From the IMG/VR virus record IMGVR_UViG_3300045988_042951: a stretch of DNA of 62,240 bases; one strand, written 5' to 3'. Position 1 is the stretch's first letter, and each line of letters opens with the position of its first letter. Of this stretch, positions 9,839-18,671 are shown in pieces. This stretch comes from a virus. Both the position numbers and the translations under genes were made by a program. The notes below the pieces were generated by a model. It made no database searches. It saw only the letters and a list, made by a program, of their open reading frames with translations, and had not been told where the DNA came from.

Positions 9839-10027
9839 GAGAGAATATGGTTGAAAAGCCGTTATACAAAAGCGTACCAACAATGAGAAATTATGAAGAT
9901 TATATCAGCGAATGCGATTACACAAAGGGTTAGAATGACGCTATGGATTTTATTTTTCCAGAAGCAAAAGAGAAGCTGATAAATAAATGGTATGAATCAA
10001 AGAAAGGTGGAATGACTTATTAATAAA

Positions 10028-10456
10028 GTGATTTTAATAGGAAGATTAACGAGAGACCCGGAGATAAGGGTAAGCGTAGCGACAAATATTACAACCGCAA
10101 AATTCACACTTGCGGTTGACAGAAAATATAAGAAGGAGGGTGAGCAGCAGACGGCGGACTTCATAAGCTGTACGGCGTTCGGTAAAACCGCAGAAAGCAT
10201 TGAACGGTATCTTTATCAAGGAACCAAGATTGCGGTTGTCGGACGTATTCAGACTGGCAGTTACACTAATAAGGATGGAAATAAGGTGTACACCACAGAT
10301 GTTATTGTTGAGGAATACGAGTTTGCGGAGAGTAAGAACGCTAACAGCAGCAGTCCAAGCCAGCCAGCTTCAAATATGTCTGCCCCGGCAATGGCAAGTG
10401 ACGGCTTCATGAGCTTGCCATTGGGTGTAGAGGATGAGGGCTTACCGTTCAACTAA
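10028..10456 (+). CDS. ssb: single-stranded DNA-binding protein
   Basis: ILIGRLTRDPE OB-fold start, TADFISCTAFGK, acidic tail ending DEGLPF. GTG start; there is no in-frame ATG upstream. Confidence 0.9.
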   Translation: MILIGRLTRDPEIRVSVATNITTAKFTLAVDRKYKKEGEQQTADFISCTAFGKTAESIERYLYQGTKIAVVGRIQTGSYTNKDGNKVYTTDVIVEEYEFAESKNANSSSPSQPASNMSAPAMASDGFMSLPLGVEDEGLPFN

Positions 10457-10470
10457 GGAGATGAGACAGC

Positions 10471-10650
10471 ATGGCAAAACAGAAGAAATGTAGCACATGT
10501 AAATACAGTTGCCGTATAAGCTTTGAGGGTGGCGACAGGTTCTGCCAGTACATATTGATAACCGGGCACAGAAGACCGTGTCCGGGAGGCGATGAATGTA
10601 CGGTGTACGAGAAAGGCAAGCGGCTAAAGGAATATAATTTTGGCGATTAA
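10471..10650 (+). CDS. small Cys-rich hypothetical protein (59 aa, below the ORF-track cutoff)
   Basis: ATG after TAAGGAG. Sequence: MAKQKKCSTCKYSC...CPGGDECTVYEKG. Confidence 0.55.
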   Translation: MAKQKKCSTCKYSCRISFEGGDRFCQYILITGHRRPCPGGDECTVYEKGKRLKEYNFGD

Positions 10651-10666
10651 ACTAGGAGGGGATAAT

Positions 10667-10862
10667 TTGGGTGTTCAGGAAGCAATTGAAATTCTTCGTG
10701 ATGAACAAAAACTACTAATAAATGCAATAGCAGTATACAGTAGCGATTACTTGGGATTGAGTGAAGCGAAGAAAAGAGAACTTACAATGATAAACAAAAA
10801 AAAGAATTGAAGCTATTAAGATGGCGATTGAAGCACTGGGAGGTAGAGAAAATGAAGTCTAA
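10667..10862 (+). CDS. small hypothetical protein interrupted at an A8 run
   Basis: TTG 10667 follows AGGAGGGG. Frame 1 stops at 10810. The +1 frame continues RIEAIKMAIEALGGRENEV to 10862. The A8 run is at 10796-10803. Confidence 0.4.
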
Positions 10863-10980
10863 GAACGGTAACATGAGCGCGTTTATTTACGGCAAGCCGA
10901 CAGGCGGTAGCCGTTACGTTGGAAGCAAGAAGAAGCGTAAGACTACAAGAATTAATAAGAGTAAGAAGGTGGTTTCGTGA
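10852..10980 (+). CDS. small basic hypothetical protein (42 aa)
   Basis: ATG after GGGAGGTAGAG. The stop overlaps the next GTG start. Confidence 0.45.
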   Translation: MKSKNGNMSAFIYGKPTGGSRYVGSKKKRKTTRINKSKKVVS

Positions 10981-11396
10981 CAGAGAGTGAAGTAATTAAG
11001 GAATTACAACAATACGTTGGCTTACCGTTTGAAATGGACGTATTAGAAGAAGCGGTAAAGATGGCAATACAGGCACTTGGAGAAGTACAACAGTACCGCG
11101 CAATCGGCACACTGGAAGAATTACAGGATATGAAAAGCAATTATTTTGAAGCGTTAAGTGATTGGCGTCAATATCGCAAGATTGGAACTTTGGAAGAGTG
11201 CCGGACGGCGAGAGAAAAGCAGATATCGAAGAAGCCTATATTTAACCATAACCTTAGTGATACTCTTTCTGTATTCCGTTGCGAATGCGGAAACATAATC
11301 AAAGTCAGTCACGATGTAGGAATAATGAATAACAACAATGCGCCAAATTACTGTAGTAAGTGTGGTTGTAGGCTAGATTGGAGTGATGAAGAATGA
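10977..11396 (+). CDS. hypothetical protein with C-terminal zinc ribbon
   Basis: CECG...CSKCGC pairs near the C-terminus. GTGA overlap with the upstream gene. Confidence 0.55.
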   Translation: MTESEVIKELQQYVGLPFEMDVLEEAVKMAIQALGEVQQYRAIGTLEELQDMKSNYFEALSDWRQYRKIGTLEECRTAREKQISKKPIFNHNLSDTLSVFRCECGNIIKVSHDVGIMNNNNAPNYCSKCGCRLDWSDEE

Positions 11397-11584
11397 ATGA
11401 AGAACTTAAGCCGTGTCCATTCTGCGGTGGGAAAGCAGAAATTATAATCTTTAGTGCCGAATACGGAACGGTGACTGTCGGCTGTACTAACGAAGAGTGC
11501 GATATTACTATGGGGAAAGCGTTTTTCACTGACGAAGAAGCTATTCGACACTGGAATAGGAGGGTGAACGATGAAGCTGATTGA
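11393..11584 (+). CDS. Lar-family restriction-alleviation-like protein
   Basis: LKPCPFCGG near the N-terminus, second Cys pair (GCTNEEC), C-terminal EAIRHWNRR. This matches the Lar family pattern. Confidence 0.65.
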   Translation: MNEELKPCPFCGGKAEIIIFSAEYGTVTVGCTNEECDITMGKAFFTDEEAIRHWNRRVNDEAD

Positions 11585-11855
11585 CGCAGACAAATTATTA
11601 GAGCTGATAAAAGAACAGAAAGAACGAGAGATAGGGGCATACGAAAAAGGCATAAATGCTGGTCTGAATATCGTAAAGAGTATTATCAATGATGAAACAC
11701 AAACTTCAACTGCCTATGATGTGGATAAGGTTGTTGAAGAGTTAAAGGATGTATCATATGAACGATTTGGATATGCTGGAATGGGCGGGGAGAATGTCGT
11801 TAATTTAGATGATGCAATCGAGATAGTAAAGGCAGGTGTGACAAATGAAAGCTAG
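11571..11855 (+). CDS. hypothetical protein
   Basis: ORF in operon register. Confidence 0.5.
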   Translation: MKLIDADKLLELIKEQKEREIGAYEKGINAGLNIVKSIINDETQTSTAYDVDKVVEELKDVSYERFGYAGMGGENVVNLDDAIEIVKAGVTNES

Positions 11856-12036
11856 ACCTAGAAGCGAAGTTATGTATAGGTTCGGTGGCACACTATATCC
11901 GTGTTATATTTATTGCTATCCGCAGCAGAAATGGGATTATGTCTATACAAGCGATAAAGTCGAACTTAGGTACAAAAACATGACTATAACAATAACAACG
12001 TACGATTTTAAAGAACATTGGTTGGAGGTAAATTAA
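11845..12036 (+). CDS. hypothetical protein
   Basis: ORF in operon register. Confidence 0.45.
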   Translation: MKARPRSEVMYRFGGTLYPCYIYCYPQQKWDYVYTSDKVELRYKNMTITITTYDFKEHWLEVN

Positions 12037-12075
12037 ATTAAATGAAAAAATAGAATTTGATTGGAGCGATGAGTC

Positions 12076-12336
12076 ATGAATATAACACAGACAAGGGTTA
12101 AGCAGTACAACAGCACATACAAGACGGTGATTTCAGTTGACGGAGTACCGGTTTGCATTACACAGAGCAACAAGAGAGCAAGTGATATTGCTTCTTATTT
12201 AACAGGTTACGAAGTTGAGATATATGATGGCAAATTAAAACGCCAACTGGACAAAATCAAAAGTAAAAATGGTTGGGATATAAAAAAAATACTAACTACC
12301 CCAACACAAATAAAGAATCGAGGTGGTAAAAAGTGA
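12076..12336 (+). CDS. hypothetical protein
   Basis: ORF with GGAGCGATGAG upstream. Confidence 0.5.
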   Translation: MNITQTRVKQYNSTYKTVISVDGVPVCITQSNKRASDIASYLTGYEVEIYDGKLKRQLDKIKSKNGWDIKKILTTPTQIKNRGGKK

Positions 12337-12860
12337 TACTTCTTGAAGATACAAGAAATCAAGTTGGCAAACACGATAAGAAAAATGAATATTTTTATAA
12401 AAACGGAATTGAGGTTCGCAGAACTAAATTATACTGTGGAGATTATACATTGCCGACAAACCAGAGCGTGTGTATTGACACAAAAAAAGACATACAGGAG
12501 CTTATAGGAGATATATGTGGGAAATCGCACGAAAGGTTCAGAAATGAGCTTATAAGGGCACAAGAAAGCAATATAAAGCTAATCATTCTTACTGAAGATG
12601 ATGGATGTTATTGCGACCGTAAAAAAACAATATACAACAAGCCTGTGACTTGCATAAATGACTTGTTCGGTTGGAAAAATCCGAGATTATTTATATGGCA
12701 AGGCGGAAAACAGAAATATCCAAAAGCTACAAAAGGACAGACATTGGCAAAGTGCTTGCTTACATTACAAGAAAAGTATGGCTGCGAATTTGCATTTACA
12801 GCAAAGAAAAATAGTGGTTCGGAAATTTTAAGGCTTTTAGGTATCGCAGAAGCAGTATGA
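12333..12860 (+). CDS. ERCC4/XPF-type nuclease-like protein
   Basis: LYCGDYTL ... CIDTKKDIQELIGDI ... FRNELIRA pattern resembles the ERCC4 nuclease core (GDY ... ERK ... DL). The ERK position is degenerate. Confidence 0.45.
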   Translation: MILLEDTRNQVGKHDKKNEYFYKNGIEVRRTKLYCGDYTLPTNQSVCIDTKKDIQELIGDICGKSHERFRNELIRAQESNIKLIILTEDDGCYCDRKKTIYNKPVTCINDLFGWKNPRLFIWQGGKQKYPKATKGQTLAKCLLTLQEKYGCEFAFTAKKNSGSEILRLLGIAEAV

Positions 12861-12896
12861 GAAGTTTATGGATTTGCTGAAAGTAGGTGAAGGCGA

Positions 12897-13187
12897 ATGA
12901 ATAATATTCCTATTGGCGCATACACATTTTCGGATTCTTATTTGAGAAAGCTTAAGAAAGATGAGCTAATAGAGCATTACAGAACACTGGAGAAAAATTG
13001 GTTTAATGAAATTAAATCAAGCAATATTCAAATTGATAATTCAAAGAAAATGCTTAAAGAAGAATATAACAAGGCAGTTGATGATTTTGCAGAATCGGTC
13101 AAAAATTTAATCGTAGATTTGTCTGTAATCAGATTTAAAGACATTGATGAGATAACAGAACAGTTAAAGCGAGGTGATTCAGAATGA
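12897..13187 (+). CDS. hypothetical protein
   Basis: ORF with AGGTGAAGG upstream. Confidence 0.5.
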   Translation: MNNIPIGAYTFSDSYLRKLKKDELIEHYRTLEKNWFNEIKSSNIQIDNSKKMLKEEYNKAVDDFAESVKNLIVDLSVIRFKDIDEITEQLKRGDSE

Positions 13188-13489
13188 GCGGTGGAAGTTG
13201 GAATTATTTATATTCAAAAGACATTGACGACCTTATGCAGTACAGCAACATTAAATTATTAGAAGAAATAGCTGATTATCTCAATCAAAACGGATATGAA
13301 GATGTGGCAAAAGATACAAGGCGGTTAGTTGAATATATCAAATCAGCTAAAATAAGAGTGGAAACACTCTTTGAAATGTTAAGCCCTGTTTTTAAAGCTG
13401 TTGAATGGTACAGTAGTGGGGATTGGGGTAAAGATAGAGTTGGCAAGGCAATAGAAGAATATAGGAATGGAAAAGGTGATTCAGAGTGA
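13184..13489 (+). CDS. hypothetical protein
   Basis: ATGA overlap with the upstream gene. Confidence 0.5.
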   Translation: MSGGSWNYLYSKDIDDLMQYSNIKLLEEIADYLNQNGYEDVAKDTRRLVEYIKSAKIRVETLFEMLSPVFKAVEWYSSGDWGKDRVGKAIEEYRNGKGDSE

Positions 13490-13716
13490 GTAAAGCATAC
13501 AGATGTGATGTTTGTGGCAAATTTTGTAGCGATTGTTATGAAATAAATGGCTTTGATATTTACACTGATGATTACGCAAAAAGAGGCTATTCAAATGTTG
13601 ATAAAAAGACAGTGATAAATGAAATATGTAGTGATTGCTATAATGATATTAAGACCTACATTCACGATAAGGTATTTGAAGCAGCTAAAAAGCGTATAAA
13701 AAATTCAATTAACTAG
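13486..13716 (+). CDS. hypothetical zinc-ribbon protein
   Basis: CDVCGK ... CSDCYN pairs. GTGA overlap with the upstream gene. Confidence 0.5.
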   Translation: MSKAYRCDVCGKFCSDCYEINGFDIYTDDYAKRGYSNVDKKTVINEICSDCYNDIKTYIHDKVFEAAKKRIKNSIN

Positions 13717-13779
13717 AAATCAAAGAAAGGAATAGGTTGTGCGCACATAAAACCGAGGTTTCCTTTTGGTAGATTTAGA

Positions 13780-14691
13780 ATGTATAAAAAGAAGATTAAA
13801 TGTGAGATATATCGTGATTCTATGCAGAATTACAAGAAATATGCAATACCGCCAGCACAGCTTATTATTGCTGATGTTCCTTACAATGTAGGAACTAACT
13901 TTTATGGAAGTAACCCAATGTGGTACAACGGTGGCGATAACAAAAATGGAGAAAGCAAACTTGCGAAAAAGGCGGCTTTCAATTCAGATTTTAATTTCAA
14001 TCTGTATGAATACTTCCATTTTTGTTCAAAGATGTTGAAAAAAGAGGACACAAAGCCTATCGCAAGGGGTAGAAGCAGTAATAGCCCTTGTATGATTGTA
14101 TTTTGTTCGTTTGAACAGTTATCAACATTGATTGCCGCCGCAAAGAAACACGGATTTGTCAATTACATACCGCTTGTATTCTGTAAAAATTACAGTCCAC
14201 AGGTACTTAAAGCGAATATGCGTATTGTTGGTGCTACGGAATATGCACTCGTACTGTACCGAAATAAGTTGCCGAAATTCCGAAACGGCTTGCAGATTGA
14301 TGAAAACGGAAAGAATATCAGAGGTACAGGACATATGGTATTTAACTGGTTTGACGGCGGTAATGAAGCGGAATGGGGCAGAACTTACTATAACAATGGC
14401 TCATATATGATGTGGGAAAAAGACGGGAAAGATGTACCTAAGATACACCCAGCACAAAAGCCTGTAGCAGTTCTTAAAAAGCTGATTGAGATTTTTACAG
14501 ACGAGGGAGATGTAGTTATTGACCCTTGTTGCGGTAGTGGTAGCACGCTAAGAGCCGCCGCAGAACTTGGCAGAAGTGCATACGGATTCGAGATTGACAG
14601 AAACTTTTACGAGCGCGCAAAGAATGAAATGCTTGTATTTGAAAAGGACAGTCAAATGAATATAAGTGATTTTATAGGAGATACAGTATGA
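13780..14691 (+). CDS. DNA N6-adenine/N4-cytosine methyltransferase (beta-class order)
   Basis: Catalytic ADVPYN (DPPY-type) near the N-terminus. AdoMet motif VIDPCCGSGST near the C-terminus. Confidence 0.85.
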   Translation: MYKKKIKCEIYRDSMQNYKKYAIPPAQLIIADVPYNVGTNFYGSNPMWYNGGDNKNGESKLAKKAAFNSDFNFNLYEYFHFCSKMLKKEDTKPIARGRSSNSPCMIVFCSFEQLSTLIAAAKKHGFVNYIPLVFCKNYSPQVLKANMRIVGATEYALVLYRNKLPKFRNGLQIDENGKNIRGTGHMVFNWFDGGNEAEWGRTYYNNGSYMMWEKDGKDVPKIHPAQKPVAVLKKLIEIFTDEGDVVIDPCCGSGSTLRAAAELGRSAYGFEIDRNFYERAKNEMLVFEKDSQMNISDFIGDTV

Positions 14692-14948
14692 CACAGGATG
14701 GACAGTTTGAATTAACCGACTTTTTGAGCAAGAAGATTGAGAGTAAATCTGTTATGGACTTGACAGCTTGGATAAACAGCCAAGGCAAAGCACAATATAC
14801 GCAGATTGGTGAGATTGTAGAAGATGTTTACAACCGTGAAAAAGATGGTGAAGAACTTATTGAAAGGCTTACAAATGCTGTATCAGTATATGTTCTTAAT
14901 CAGTCTATGGGATATATGGATTATTTGCGCGCTGTATCAAAGGAATAA
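14688..14948 (+). CDS. hypothetical protein
   Basis: ATGA overlap with the upstream gene. Confidence 0.5.
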   Translation: MTQDGQFELTDFLSKKIESKSVMDLTAWINSQGKAQYTQIGEIVEDVYNREKDGEELIERLTNAVSVYVLNQSMGYMDYLRAVSKE

Positions 14949-14974
14949 AATCAAACGAAAAAGGAGATTAAGTG

Positions 14975-15472
14975 ATGGCAGACAAGCGAATGTTCAGTAA
15001 AAAGTTAATAGATTCGGATGCGTTCCTTGATATGCCAATATCGGCGCAGGGTTTGTTTTTCCACTTGTGCATGAGAGCAGATGATGACGGCTTCGTGGAT
15101 GCACCTAAGAGGATTGCAAGGGAATGTCAAGCGTCAAGTGAGGACTTGCAGATGTTAATTGACAAGCGGTATATTTTGACGTTCCCTAACTCTAACGTCA
15201 TTGTAATTAAGCATTGGCGGCTACATAACACCATACCTAAGGACAGATATAAGCCTACACTGTACACGGAAGAGAAATCGCAGATAGGTGTTAAACCTAA
15301 CGGAGCCTACACGGATGACCCGGCAAAGATGGTGAGCATGAGTACAACTCAGCATGTAACACCCAAGACGAAGAACACGTTTAACTGCTGTTCACAGAGA
15401 CAGTACAGTGGTGAACAGTTTGAGGAACTTGAAAGGCAACTAATCCAGAAAGGAGTTAAAAATGGCGGCTAA
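14975..15472 (+). CDS. replication initiator / replisome-organizer (DnaD-like N-terminal domain)
   Basis: DKRMFSKKLIDSDAFLDMPISAQGLFFHLCMRADDDGFV...IKHWRLHN is the pattern I recall from Firmicutes phage/plasmid replication proteins. Confidence 0.65.
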   Translation: MADKRMFSKKLIDSDAFLDMPISAQGLFFHLCMRADDDGFVDAPKRIARECQASSEDLQMLIDKRYILTFPNSNVIVIKHWRLHNTIPKDRYKPTLYTEEKSQIGVKPNGAYTDDPAKMVSMSTTQHVTPKTKNTFNCCSQRQYSGEQFEELERQLIQKGVKNGG

Positions 15473-15830
15473 TGAAATATATTATAAACGTAAGGCGAAC
15501 CACGAATGTACATACTGTGGAACTAAACTGCCAGACAATTACAAGCTTTCAAGGTGCGAGAATTGCTTGAAAGCTGAAAGCGAAATGACTAAATACGCAA
15601 GGAAAATGGCATTAAAGGCAGGATTATGTACAATATGCAAGACAAGGAAAGCGCGCCCTGGTAGGGTGACTTGCGAATTGTGCGGACGAAAGAAATCAGA
15701 TGAGGTTATGGCACGGCGAAAGCGGCTCAAAGCACAAGGGTTATGTACCATGTGCGGGAAAGTACCGCGCACAGAAAGTTCCTGCTTATGCGAGGAGTGC
15801 AAAATCAAATGGAGGGGGTATAACTATTGA
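15462..15830 (+). CDS. Cys-rich (multiple CxxC) hypothetical protein
   Basis: Repeated C..C pairs with basic linkers. Confidence 0.5.
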   Translation: MAANEIYYKRKANHECTYCGTKLPDNYKLSRCENCLKAESEMTKYARKMALKAGLCTICKTRKARPGRVTCELCGRKKSDEVMARRKRLKAQGLCTMCGKVPRTESSCLCEECKIKWRGYNY

Positions 15831-15997
15831 TGGCAACGACAATAGCTTTTTTGGCTGGAACGATATTATCAGCTATGGCAACATTTCTGATAGTGGGAGC
15901 AAGCAAAAATAATGCAATCATTGAAGCATACGAAGAGGGCTACAGAGATGGGCTAAATGTAGCCGGAAACGGAGTAAAATATGACGAGGTTCGCTGA
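15830..15997 (+). CDS. small membrane protein (55 aa)
   Basis: TGATG overlap with the upstream gene. MATTIAFLAGTILSAMATFLIVGA forms a TM helix. Confidence 0.4.
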   Translation: MATTIAFLAGTILSAMATFLIVGASKNNAIIEAYEEGYRDGLNVAGNGVKYDEVR

Positions 15998-16184
15998 TAA
16001 TCTCCGGGTGCTTATGGCAAGGCAAAAGGTGTCGCAGTTTAAACTTGCCAGCGATTTGGGCTTGTCTCAGGCACAGGTGAGCAAGTATTTATGTCGCAAG
16101 GCATACCCTAGACCGCATACGTTAGATAAGATAGCAACATACTTTAATGTGAGTACTGATGAACTGGAATGCGAAAGAATGTGA
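15981..16184 (+). CDS. XRE-type helix-turn-helix regulator
   Basis: LRVLMARQKVSQFKLASDLGLSQAQVSKY HTH pattern. Confidence 0.7.
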   Translation: MTRFADNLRVLMARQKVSQFKLASDLGLSQAQVSKYLCRKAYPRPHTLDKIATYFNVSTDELECERM

Positions 16185-16197
16185 GGAATGACGGACA

Positions 16198-16590
16198 ATG
16201 GCTAAGAGTGACAAGAAGATACATGAATATAGAATGTCGGGTGCGGCGTGGATATTAGATATCGCGCAGCGATACGGCATTGATGAAGCAGTTAAGGAGT
16301 TGAAGCAAAGGAACGCCGAGTTTATTCCGCTTGAAGTATCGCACGAAGAATTAGAAGCGTGTACCAAGCGAATCAAGAATAATGTTATTGATTCGATATG
16401 CTTACTTTCGGCAGTTACGCTCCGAGATGAGTTTGACTTCGGGCGTTCAAGATTAAACCGATTTATAGATAGGTTTAATAGCAAGGCAGAATGCCTTGCT
16501 GATGACGATGTGAGTTGGGCGGACATGAGACAGACAATGCGTGAAGAGTGCGGCTTGGACTTTAACTGGCGAAGAGAAGAGGGAGAATAG
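16198..16590 (+). CDS. hypothetical protein
   Basis: ORF with GAGGAATGACGG upstream. Confidence 0.5.
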   Translation: MAKSDKKIHEYRMSGAAWILDIAQRYGIDEAVKELKQRNAEFIPLEVSHEELEACTKRIKNNVIDSICLLSAVTLRDEFDFGRSRLNRFIDRFNSKAECLADDDVSWADMRQTMREECGLDFNWRREEGE

Positions 16591-16605
16591 GAGGAATAAC
16601 GGCTT

Positions 16606-16809
16606 ATGAAGCTGTCAAAGCTGACTAAGCCAGAGCTTGAACGTATTAGCAACAACGCCAATTTTACAGAGGAAGAGCTAGAAGTGTTTAAACTTCTAAC
16701 TAAAGGGAAAACCATCACAGAGATTGCACAACAAGTATCCGTGTGCAATCGAACTGTGAATAGAAGAATAAGTAAAATAATGTCAAAAATCAGCAGATTG
16801 GAGGGGTAA
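16606..16809 (+). CDS. sigma-70 region-4 / LuxR-type HTH protein (candidate phage transcription factor)
   Basis: LEVFKLLTKGKTITEIAQQVSVCNRTVNRRISKI. Confidence 0.6.
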   Translation: MKLSKLTKPELERISNNANFTEEELEVFKLLTKGKTITEIAQQVSVCNRTVNRRISKIMSKISRLEG

Positions 16810-16811
16810 TC

Positions 16812-16913
16812 ATGGTGGTTGTGACACAGAATGGCAAGGAAATCAAGGCAGGTGAAATCAAATTGCCAGACAAGACAAAAGAACTGATTGCATCAATAAT
16901 TGACAATCAGTAA
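16812..16913 (+). CDS. very small hypothetical ORF (33 aa)
   Basis: ATG lies 2 nt after the upstream stop. Last ORF before the strong terminator. Confidence 0.35.
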   Translation: MVVVTQNGKEIKAGEIKLPDKTKELIASIIDNQ

Positions 16914-16924
16914 GCATGGGAGTA

Positions 16925-16963
16925 GAATGTGCCGTAACGCGATAAGTACGGCACATTCTTTTT
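16925..16963 (+). terminator. rho-independent terminator ending the early operon
   Basis: GAATGTGCCGTA-N10-TACGGCACATTC followed by TTTTT. Confidence 0.85.
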
Positions 16964-16982
16964 AATAAGAGGAGGTTAAACA

Positions 16983-18344
16983 ATGGAATGTGTTGCGTAC
17001 ATGAGAGTGTCGACAGAAAGGCAAGCTGAAGAAGGCAACGGACTTGAGAGCCAAAAGAGAGACATTCTCGACTACTGTTCTAAGAGCGAGCTGATCGTGA
17101 CAGATTGGTATGTTGACGATGGCTACACCGGGGCAAATATGAACCGCCCGGAGCTTCAAAGGCTTGTCACTGACTGTAAGCATAAGAGGATATCTTGCGT
17201 GGTGGCTTTTAAGCTTGACAGATTATCAAGGAATATGATTGACGGTCTATATATGATTGAGAAGATATTCCAGCCAAACGGCGTACAGTTCAAGTGTGTC
17301 CATGACAGTGTAAGCTATGACAGCCCAATGGAACAGGCGTATACTCAGATGATGGCTGTTTTTGCACAGCTTGATAAGAATACAATGATGTTGCGTATGC
17401 GTGGCGGCATGTTGGAAAGAGTAAAACAGGGTTACTGGCCGGGTGGCGGTAATACGCCTTATTGCTATTCTTATAGCAAAGACCAAGGTATATTAATACC
17501 TATCCCGGAACGAGCGGAACAAGCAAGAAAAGGTCTTGAATTGTACATCAAAGGATATTCGGATATAAAAATCTGCAAAATATGTGGATATAAAGGTGAG
17601 AAAGTTGTCCGGCAGATACTCACAAGCCCGGTAAATATCGGTATGATACCATACAAGGGCAAGATATATCAAGGTTTGCATGAGCCTATTTTTGATAAGG
17701 AATTGTTTGAGCTTGCACAGCAGTTGAGGAAATCCCGAAGTCTTAATAAGGCAAGCTGTATAACTGAACCGAACTTATTGACCGGGCTGTGTTACTGTGG
17801 TGTGTGCGGATGCGCTATGAGGTATCAGAAGTGGACACATGGAAAGCACAAGATATATTGCATGTCAAGAAACAAGTCCATGTCTTATTTGCCGAACCAC
17901 AACCCGGACTGCAATAATTCGCTTGAATGGGCGGATGATATAGAGGAGCAAGTCGAGAGAGAAATGCTCAAAATATCGCTTGACTTATCATCGTACAAGC
18001 CTAAGGAAAAGGAAACAAAGCTTGACATTATGCAGTCACAGCTTGACAAGGAGCAGACAAAATTGAAAAGGCTTTATGGCTTGTATGCTGATGGGAACGA
18101 CACAGTACTGAGCATGATTAAGGAGCTTGAAGGAAATATATCTGCGATTAAAGAGAACATAGCAGAAGAACAGAAGAACTTTTCGGCAAGGCAGAAGAAT
18201 GCTATCGTATATGACGAAATAAAAAAACTTGCCGATGTTTGGGGTAACATCGACAAGAAACAAAAAAATATGATACTTAAAACTATAATTGACAAGATAA
18301 TCATTGTCAACGGAAATATTGAAATACAGTTAAAAAGTTTTTAG
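16983..18344 (+). CDS. large serine recombinase (phage integrase type)
   Basis: YMRVSTERQ catalytic-Ser motif, DRLSRN, recombinase domain, Cys4 zinc ribbon (CYCGVCGC...C...C), coiled-coil C-terminus. Confidence 0.9.
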   Translation: MECVAYMRVSTERQAEEGNGLESQKRDILDYCSKSELIVTDWYVDDGYTGANMNRPELQRLVTDCKHKRISCVVAFKLDRLSRNMIDGLYMIEKIFQPNGVQFKCVHDSVSYDSPMEQAYTQMMAVFAQLDKNTMMLRMRGGMLERVKQGYWPGGGNTPYCYSYSKDQGILIPIPERAEQARKGLELYIKGYSDIKICKICGYKGEKVVRQILTSPVNIGMIPYKGKIYQGLHEPIFDKELFELAQQLRKSRSLNKASCITEPNLLTGLCYCGVCGCAMRYQKWTHGKHKIYCMSRNKSMSYLPNHNPDCNNSLEWADDIEEQVEREMLKISLDLSSYKPKEKETKLDIMQSQLDKEQTKLKRLYGLYADGNDTVLSMIKELEGNISAIKENIAEEQKNFSARQKNAIVYDEIKKLADVWGNIDKKQKNMILKTIIDKIIIVNGNIEIQLKSF

Positions 18345-18506
18345 CACTTACTGTATGCCGTGCCTATGGCAGCATGCTAGTGCTAATGCCGTATTTATCG
18401 CGTTTTTCAAAAAGGAAAATAAAATATTTGTCGCTTTTATGTCGCCGAGCTGTCGCTTTGAGCGACTTTTTTTATGTCAAAATATAAACAAAAGGAGGGA
18501 TAGCAG

Positions 18507-18671
18507 ATGCTGTCGGACAAAGTGAAAGAAAAGCTTTTTGCAAAGAAAGAAATACAACAGCTTGACCTGATGACGGTATCCCTTGTCATTAGTGCGATTG
18601 ATGAAGCAATGGAGGAGGTAGACCAAGAAGATGCAGCTAAACAATCCTCAATATATGAACAGCGTGTATAA
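18507..18671 (+). CDS. small hypothetical protein (54 aa)
   Basis: ATG after AAGGAGGG. Overlaps the next ORF start. Confidence 0.45.
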   Translation: MLSDKVKEKLFAKKEIQQLDLMTVSLVISAIDEAMEEVDQEDAAKQSSIYEQRV

